Origin: Aquifex aeolicus VF5
GTDB lineage: Bacteria; Aquificota; Aquificia; Aquificales; Aquificaceae
Length of the DNA stretch: 32,000 nucleotides
Direction of reading: 5' to 3'
Assembly (NCBI RefSeq): GCF_000008625.1
Contig: NC_000918.1
Coordinates: 780,001 to 812,000 of the forward strand
Part shown: piece after piece, positions 25,785 to 32,000 of the stretch
Numbering within the stretch: position 1 is the stretch's first letter
Layout: each line of letters starts with the position of its first letter
Made by a program: the position numbers and the translations under genes
Notes under the pieces: model-generated
The model's database searches: none
What the model was told of the DNA's origin: nothing
What the model saw: the letters and a program-made list of their open reading frames with translations, nothing else

Positions 25785-28229
25785 TTATTTTAACCCGTTG
25801 AACTTCCTGAAGAACTCCTCGAATTCCTCAGGAGGCAATGGAGGAGAGTAGTAATACCCCTGTGCGTAATCGCAACTGAGTTCCATGAGCATCTTCTCGT
25901 GAATTTCCTTTTCCACACCCTCGGCAACTGTCTTCAGTCCCAAGGAGTGGGCGAGGTTTATAACTCCCTTTACTATCTCGTAATCCCTTTCGTTCACGTC
26001 CATGTCTTTAACAAACTCAACATCTATCTTCAGGGCTGAAACGGGTAGCTGTTTTAAGTGGAGTATAGATGAGTAACCCGTCCCGAAATCATCTATGTAA
26101 ACCCTTATACCCAGTTCTGATAGGGATTTTAAAAATAGCGTTGCAACCGAAACGTTTTCCACCAGAGCTGTTTCCGTAACTTCCACACCCAAGTAGTAAA
26201 GGAGTTCTGTGTAACCCTCAAGATCCTTCAAGAAACTCTGTAAGAACTCACCGGAGCGAAATTGCGCCGGGGATATGTTTATGGCTATTTCAATCTCTAT
26301 TCCCTTTTTATGCCATTCTTTTAACTGCCTGCAGGCTTTTTCAAGAACGATTAGCCCCACCTCGTTCATGAGTCCTGTTTCTTCCAGCAGTGGTATGAAT
26401 TCGTAAGGAGGTACGAGTTTATCTCCCTTTTTCCAGCGAATGAGTGCCTCGCATCCCACTATTTTTTTCTCTTTTAAATCTATTTTGGGCTGGTAAAACA
26501 GGATAAATTCATCTTTTTTAATGGCTTCGAGTAGTTCCTTTTTCTTCGTAATGATTTCTTCTATTTTCGGAAATTCTTTACTGCTGTAGTAAACGACTCT
26601 ATTACCTCCGAGTTTTTTGGCTTCAAACATAGCCTGAAGAGCATAACCGAGGAGTTTTTCGGCTTCGTTCCCGTCGTCCGGAAATACGGAAATACCTATG
26701 GAAAAAGTCACCTGGATTTCCTTGCCGTTTACTATGACGGGTTTACTGAAAAGTTTATTCAGCCTTGCGAGAAAGCTGTTTACCGCAACGGGAACATCTG
26801 CACACGTCAGGGCAACTCCGAAGGTATCTGCTCCAAGTCTTGCGAGTATGTCGCCTATCCGAACGCTGTCCCTTAGGCTGTCCGCAACCTCTATGAGGAC
26901 TTTATCCCCGACCTCCGTGCCGTAGAGCGTATTTATGGCTGTAAAGTTGTCTATATCCAGAACTACTACAACGACCTTTTTCCTCTCCTGAGCGGCTATA
27001 CTTAGCCTGTCCGAAAGGGCTTTGACGAAGAAGATACGAGTGGGCAACCTCGTGAGTTTGTCAAAGAACTCTATTTTTTCAAGTTTTTCGTGAGCGGTAA
27101 TGGCGTCTATTGCGGTACTTAATTCCTCAAGGAAGTTTATAATTAACTGAACTTCTGCGGGATAAAATTCCTCTTCCTTTGAAAGGGTTAAGTAGTATTT
27201 TTCCTTGCTTTTCAGCTTAAAGCAAACTGAATACTCTCCCATCTTCCCTTTCTTGATTATTGTGTGCCCGTCTAAGGTTATTTCCGCGTAAGTGAAGTTC
27301 TCTTCATCCACGAGAAAGTCTGCTATCTTTCTAAATATTTCTTCCTTTTCCGTTTCCTCAAAGATTATTTTTATAAGATGTGTAAATAGCGAGTAAAGTC
27401 TGCTTATCCTCTGCCTTTCTCTTTCTTTTTTAACTTCTTCCGAAACATCCCTCAGGTCTATTATGAAAAAGGTTTCCCCGTTTACGCTCAGCGTCTGGTA
27501 GGAGACTTCAAAGGGTTTTAGTATCGCCAGCTTTGGATTTCCCAAGTAAACGACTTCGGGAAGTGTTCCGCTTCCTTTCATTTTACACAGTTCACACAGG
27601 AGTCTGTAAACTCCCCTGTAACGTTCGGGAAGGAGTTCAGTGAAAGGCTTTCCTACGACCTCTTCCCTTTTGAATTTTAGTTTTTCCTCCCCGGTTTTGT
27701 TTATAAAGTTTATCTTGAAATTACTGTCAAGAACGACAACTACATCGGGAAGGTTATCGAGGAGTAGTCTTAACGTTTCCGTTCCCTTCTTTCTCATTTG
27801 ATCTATAAGCAGGGATATGTGTATTAAGGTGATTTTGGCTAAAGATAGGCATATCTCGTTTAACTGCTCTGGGGAAAATTTATCTTTCAGTTTTTCCCTT
27901 ATGAGTTCAAAGAGTTTCCCGTGTTCAGCCACGACTTCTTCTGGAGTTACGTTAAATTTTGAAATAAAATTTGCGAGTTCTTCCCTTTCTTTTAGTCCTT
28001 CTTTTAAGTCTATTAATCCCCTTAAGTGTTTATAAACTACTTCCTCTACTTCTTTCTCTTTTCCCTTAAAATCTCTGTAACTTTTTAAGTACTCCGCAAA
28101 CCGCCGGGCAACTTCTTTTAATTCCTCGTCTTTTAAAACTTGTCTTATAAGCTCTACGTGTTCTACATCTTTCTCAATAAAGTCCGCAAGCTTTCTTAAA
28201 GAATTTAAGTCGTAGTTTCTCCCCTCCAC
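25785..28229 (-). CDS. PAS-GGDEF-EAL protein, putative c-di-GMP phosphodiesterase
   Basis: 814 aa: helical N-terminal sensor region, PAS (RLLLDNLPDVVVVLDSNFKINFINKTGEEKL), degenerate GGDEF (RLGADTFGVAL), complete-looking EAL (CEALIRW, NISPAQF, VTETAL, IDDFGTGYSS, KIDVEFVKDM, VAEGVE, QGYYYSPPLP). Confidence 0.93.
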   Translation of the reverse strand: MEGRNYDLNSLRKLADFIEKDVEHVELIRQVLKDEELKEVARRFAEYLKSYRDFKGKEKEVEEVVYKHLRGLIDLKEGLKEREELANFISKFNVTPEEVVAEHGKLFELIREKLKDKFSPEQLNEICLSLAKITLIHISLLIDQMRKKGTETLRLLLDNLPDVVVVLDSNFKINFINKTGEEKLKFKREEVVGKPFTELLPERYRGVYRLLCELCKMKGSGTLPEVVYLGNPKLAILKPFEVSYQTLSVNGETFFIIDLRDVSEEVKKERERQRISRLYSLFTHLIKIIFEETEKEEIFRKIADFLVDEENFTYAEITLDGHTIIKKGKMGEYSVCFKLKSKEKYYLTLSKEEEFYPAEVQLIINFLEELSTAIDAITAHEKLEKIEFFDKLTRLPTRIFFVKALSDRLSIAAQERKKVVVVVLDIDNFTAINTLYGTEVGDKVLIEVADSLRDSVRIGDILARLGADTFGVALTCADVPVAVNSFLARLNKLFSKPVIVNGKEIQVTFSIGISVFPDDGNEAEKLLGYALQAMFEAKKLGGNRVVYYSSKEFPKIEEIITKKKELLEAIKKDEFILFYQPKIDLKEKKIVGCEALIRWKKGDKLVPPYEFIPLLEETGLMNEVGLIVLEKACRQLKEWHKKGIEIEIAINISPAQFRSGEFLQSFLKDLEGYTELLYYLGVEVTETALVENVSVATLFLKSLSELGIRVYIDDFGTGYSSILHLKQLPVSALKIDVEFVKDMDVNERDYEIVKGVINLAHSLGLKTVAEGVEKEIHEKMLMELSCDYAQGYYYSPPLPPEEFEEFFRKFNGLK

Positions 28230-28277
28230 ATCTTTAATTCTAAACTCTGTATTCGTAATTTTCCGTATAAGTTTCTA

Positions 28278-29525
28278 CTACTCTTTATTTTTCCCGTTTA
28301 TAGTTTCAAATTCCTCCATTTCCTCTATGAACTCCTCATGGAGTGCCCTCACGGCGAGCTCCGCGTACTTTTCGTCTATGAGACAGGATATCTTTATTTC
28401 GGATGTGGATATAGCCTTTATGTTTATACCGTTTCTGGCGAGTATGTCGAACATCCTTCCCGCCACGCCGTAAGCGCTCTTCATCCCTATGCCAACTATA
28501 GAGATTTTCGCTACTTTGTCGTCCCTTACAACTTCCTTTGCCCCTATCTTCTGGGCTATCTTCTTGACTATCTCTTCTGCCTTGTCCGCGTCCGTTTTGT
28601 TAACCGTGAAGGACATATCCGTGTAACCTTCGTGGGACACGTTCTGGACAATCATGTCAACCACTATGTGGGCATCTCCGAGAGCTTTGAAAATTTCGGC
28701 GGCTATTCCCGGCTTGTCGGGAACCCTTACAACGGTAAACCTCGTTTCTTTTGTGTCAACGGTAATTCCCCTTACAGCTACCTTTTCCATGACTTCATCC
28801 TCCGGAACTATCCAAGTCCCCTCCTCCTCCGAGAAGGTACTCCTCACGTGTATCCTGACGTTGTACTTCGCAGCAAACTCAACGCTCCTTATCTGCATAA
28901 CCTTAGCACCAAGGGATGCGAGCTCCAGCATTTCTTCATAAGAAATTTTCTTTATCTTCTTTGCGTTCGGGACTATCCTCGGGTCTGCGGTAAATACGCC
29001 AGGAACGTCCGTGTTTATCTCACAGTCCGCTTTAAGGGCTGCGGCGAGGGCTACCGCTGTCGTGTCGGAACCACCTCTCCCTAAGGTCGTTATTTCCCAG
29101 TCTTCCGTCACTCCCTGAAATCCGGCAACGACGGGAATGTATCCTTCCTCTATTAAGCTGAGAAGTCTGCTTATACCTATCTTTCTGATTCTTGCCTTTG
29201 TGTGAACGTTGTCCGTTATTATGGGAACCTGCCAGCCGCACAGGCTAACCGCGGGGTATCCGAGTTTATTTAAAGTCATAGCAAAGAGGGCTATAGCCTT
29301 TTGTTCTCCCACTGCAAGGAGTGTGTCCATCTCCCTTTCCGGGGGTCTTGGGTGTACTTTTTTGGCGAGTTCTATTAAAGAGTCAGTCTCTCCAGCCATT
29401 GCGGAAGAAACAACAACGGGTTTGTAGCCCTTTTCAAGGGCTTTTATTACTCTCTTTGCACAAAGTTCTATCCTCTCTAGGGTTCCCACGGAGGTTCCGC
29501 CGAACTTCTGAACGAGTATTTTCAT
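28278..29525 (-). CDS. lysC: Aspartate kinase
   Basis: 415 aa: [50 protein letters not shown], and two C-terminal ACT domains. Confidence 0.96.
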
Positions 29526-29560
29526 CGGAAAGTAATATTTTACCTTAAAATTTATTAATT

Positions 29561-30691
29561 ATGTACAACCTCAGAATGGCTGAATCCGTAACGGAAGGCC
29601 ACCCGGACAAAATAGCGGATCAACTCGCTGATGCACTCCTTGACGAGTTCATAAAGAAGGATCCTTACAGCAAAGTCTCCTTAGAGATTATGGTAACCAC
29701 AGGACTCGTTATGGTAGGAGGGGAGCTCACCACGGAAAGCTACGTGGACATCCCAAGAGTTGTGAGAAGCGTTATTAAGGATATCGGATACACGAGACCC
29801 GAACTCGGTTTTGATGCGGACACCTGCGCTGTAGTTCAGTCCATAGACGAGCAGAGTCCCGAAATTGCTTTAGGTATTTCCTCGGAGGGTGCGGGAGACA
29901 CCGCGATAGTTGTGGGCTACGCCACGAAGGAAGCTCCTAACCTCATGCCCTGGCCCATAACAATAGCCCACAAGATCACAAAGAGGATATCCGAGTACAG
30001 GAAGATAGGAAAGTTTCCCTTCCTGAGGCCAGACGGAAAGGTTCTCGTGGCTATGATTTACGAGGACGGGAAGCCCTCTTACGTTCAGAGCATAGTTGCC
30101 TACGTCCACCACGACCCCGACGTTTCCATAAATCACCTGAGGGAACTAATAATTGAAGAAATTATTAAAAAGGAAATTCCTGAGGAGTTCTTGACGGAAA
30201 AAACGAGCATAAAGGTAAACCCCACAGGCAGGTTCGTAATTGGTGGACCCGTTGCGGACACGGGACTCACAGGAAGGAAGATAGTTTCCGACGCATACGG
30301 AGATATAGGACTCTCCGGCGGTAGTGCCTTTTCAGGCAAGGACCCGACGAAGACAGATCGTTCAGGTTCTTACCTTGCGAGGATGATAGCGAAACACGTT
30401 GTTGCCGGTGGATGGGCAGAGAGGTGTTTGGTTCAGATAGGGTACGCCTTCGGACTTACCGAACCCGTTGCTTTTGACATAGAAACCTTCGGAACGGAGA
30501 AGATAAGCAAAGAAATACTGGAAGACGCTGTAAAGAAGGTATTTCCATTAAGACCAGCGGAAATAATAGAGTTCCTTGACCTCAGGAAACCCATATACAG
30601 GCAAACATCCGTTTACGGACACTTCGGAAAGGAAAACCTCCCATGGGAAAAGTTAACGAAGCTTGAGGAGCTGAAGGAGTTACTCGATTAA
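29561..30691 (+). CDS. metK: S-adenosylmethionine synthetase
   Basis: 376 aa: AESVTEGHPDKIADQLADALLD, GEGAGD-like SSEGAGDTAIVVGYA, GGPVADTGLTGRKIVSDAYG, GGSAFSGKDPTKTDRSGSY. Confidence 0.96.
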   Translation: MYNLRMAESVTEGHPDKIADQLADALLDEFIKKDPYSKVSLEIMVTTGLVMVGGELTTESYVDIPRVVRSVIKDIGYTRPELGFDADTCAVVQSIDEQSPEIALGISSEGAGDTAIVVGYATKEAPNLMPWPITIAHKITKRISEYRKIGKFPFLRPDGKVLVAMIYEDGKPSYVQSIVAYVHHDPDVSINHLRELIIEEIIKKEIPEEFLTEKTSIKVNPTGRFVIGGPVADTGLTGRKIVSDAYGDIGLSGGSAFSGKDPTKTDRSGSYLARMIAKHVVAGGWAERCLVQIGYAFGLTEPVAFDIETFGTEKISKEILEDAVKKVFPLRPAEIIEFLDLRKPIYRQTSVYGHFGKENLPWEKLTKLEELKELLD

Positions 30692-31831
30692 ATCAAGAAA
30701 TTCTCTTATTTTCATTACCACGTAATCCTTCGGAGTTGTGTAAACCTTAACTATTTCATCTTCCACGAGGAGTACTTCCTTAAAACCCTTATCAAAGGCG
30801 TAAATCAGGGAATGCTCCAGTCCCCTTTCCTTTACTATTTCCATTCCTACTTTTTTTCCCTTTTCCCTTAGGACATCCGCAAGCTTCAGCCCTAGACGCT
30901 TTTTCGTTTTGTCTATCACGAAGTAATCCTTCTTTTCCACGTTTTTGGGAAGTATGTCAAGGAGTCTCTCCAAGTAAACAGCTCCGCCGGTTGCCGGGTA
31001 TTCCTTTCCGTAAATCTTTGATAGGTTATCGTACCTTCCTCCTCCCGCTAACGCCTTTCCGCTCTTCAGTTCGTAAATTTCAAAGATAACTCCCGTGTAG
31101 TAAGGGAAGTTCCTTACCTCTCCGAGGTCGTAGGCGTAATCTATGCCGAACTCCTCAAGCAGTTTCCCGAGCTCTAGGAGTTCTTCTTTTTCTTTTTCAA
31201 GATCGTACTTTTCCAGAAAGTTTAGAACCTCTGGATTTTTAGAAACTTCCACGAAGAACTTTATGTCGTTTCCGAGAACTTCCTTTAAAGCTTCCAAGTT
31301 CCTTTCTGAAAAGGCCCTCAGGAGTTCTTCCCTTTCATCGGCTACCTTTCTCACTATTCCCGCGTGGCTGAGTATCACTTTTAAGTCTTTAAGTCCCAAA
31401 GATTTCAAGAACTCGGTGAGTACCTGAATTACCTCAAAATCCGCGAGTATACTTTTTTCACCAATAAGCTCAACGCCGGTCTGGAGCTTCTCAAACCCCC
31501 TCCTGTCCAAGGAAAAAACTTTGCCGAAGTAGTAAACTCTCTCGGGGAGTTTTACGTTCCTGAGGTGGGATATAGTCCTCACCACCTGTGTGGTAAAGTC
31601 GAGCCTGAGACCGAAACTTTCCTTCGTGTAGCTGTCCTTGAAGGTTATCGCTTCCTTTGAACCTTCCCCAAAAGTGAGTTCCTGAAATTCGTAAGGTTCA
31701 AAGTGAGAAAGGTTTATGTAATCGTATCCGAAAGCTTCAAAAATTTTTACTGCTTTTTTGAATATCTCTTTCACGAGGTTGGATTCCTCTAAGCTGTAAA
31801 ATCTTTCTCCGGAAATCAGGGATGTTTTCAT
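30680..31831 (-). CDS. hisZ: HisZ/HisS-like class II aaRS-fold protein (probable ATP phosphoribosyltransferase regulatory subunit)
   Basis: 383 aa: RLDFTTQVVRTISH, GFEKLQTGVELIGEKSILADFEVIQVL, LAGGGRYDNLSKIYGKEYPATGGAVYLERLLDIL. Lacks the full HisRS motif set and has a C-terminal anticodon-domain-like segment. Confidence 0.75.
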   Translation of the reverse strand: MKTSLISGERFYSLEESNLVKEIFKKAVKIFEAFGYDYINLSHFEPYEFQELTFGEGSKEAITFKDSYTKESFGLRLDFTTQVVRTISHLRNVKLPERVYYFGKVFSLDRRGFEKLQTGVELIGEKSILADFEVIQVLTEFLKSLGLKDLKVILSHAGIVRKVADEREELLRAFSERNLEALKEVLGNDIKFFVEVSKNPEVLNFLEKYDLEKEKEELLELGKLLEEFGIDYAYDLGEVRNFPYYTGVIFEIYELKSGKALAGGGRYDNLSKIYGKEYPATGGAVYLERLLDILPKNVEKKDYFVIDKTKKRLGLKLADVLREKGKKVGMEIVKERGLEHSLIYAFDKGFKEVLLVEDEIVKVYTTPKDYVVMKIREFLDLIE

Positions 31832-32000
31832 AGAGAAAATTTTAGCCTCCTGTGGATTGCCAGATACGGGGGCGTCCTGAAGTGGGGTTTCCTCCTGACG
31901 AAGTAGTAGCGCGCTATGTGATAACTCGTGTCAAAGCCGTAAAAGTTGAGTTTCATCTTTTCGAGTTCGTGCTCCCTGCACTTTTGTATTTCCTCGAGCC
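31828..32000 (-). CDS. Partial CDS (C-terminal part only), function unknown
   Basis: Reverse strand reads ...LEEIQKCREHELEKMKLNFYGFDTSYHIARYYFVRRKPHFRTPPYLAIHRRLKFSL*. Its TGA overlaps the ATG of the downstream HisZ-like gene (ATGA coupling). Confidence 0.6.
   Translation of the reverse strand, partial: LEEIQKCREHELEKMKLNFYGFDTSYHIARYYFVRRKPHFRTPPYLAIHRRLKFSL

Noticed and set aside
28338-29084. 248-aa plus-strand ORF opposite lysC
   Set aside because: Entirely antisense to lysC, with no domain or RBS. Low-complexity aromatic/Arg/Val composition is typical of a shadow ORF.
1-32000. CRISPR arrays, rRNA/tRNA genes, toxin-antitoxin or phage-defence islands
   Set aside because: Read-through of the intergenic gaps showed no regularly spaced repeats, no tRNA-like cloverleaf with a CCA-type end and no recognisable defence genes. 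Gaps are mostly under 70 bp.

Overview
Ordinary-looking bacterial chromosomal DNA, about 95% coding. Several proteins match sequences I recall from Aquifex aeolicus, most clearly the NtrC1 sigma54 activator at 148..1467; this is recognition, not a database search. Contents in order: end of a sensor histidine kinase; ntrC1; a sigma54-type promoter with palindromic upstream elements driving a Tat-signal DsrE-family protein and a frame-disrupted porin-like gene; a minus-strand copper-handling cluster (TolC/CusC-like, CusB-like with a His tail, Met-rich multicopper oxidase, DUF411-like protein, extremely Met-rich secreted protein, CPH-type CopB-like P-type ATPase, CusA/CzcA-like RND pump); proB; a tyrosine recombinase; rpiB; a FtsW/RodA-family protein; argG; a glycosyltransferase converging on a GH130-like protein; dapA; pabB-like; an Fe-type alcohol dehydrogenase; a CsgG-like lipoprotein; a small unknown protein; a PAS-GGDEF-EAL protein with a degenerate GGDEF; lysC; metK; a HisZ/HisS-like protein; and a partial ORF. 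No rRNA, tRNA, CRISPR array or transposon was recognised. The best leads are the sigma54 promoter plus tandem palindromes between ntrC1 and the DsrE gene, the porin gene whose coding signal jumps frame at least three times yet ends in a good porin C-terminal motif (NNAFTVQFRFVF*), and the Met/His-rich copper cluster.
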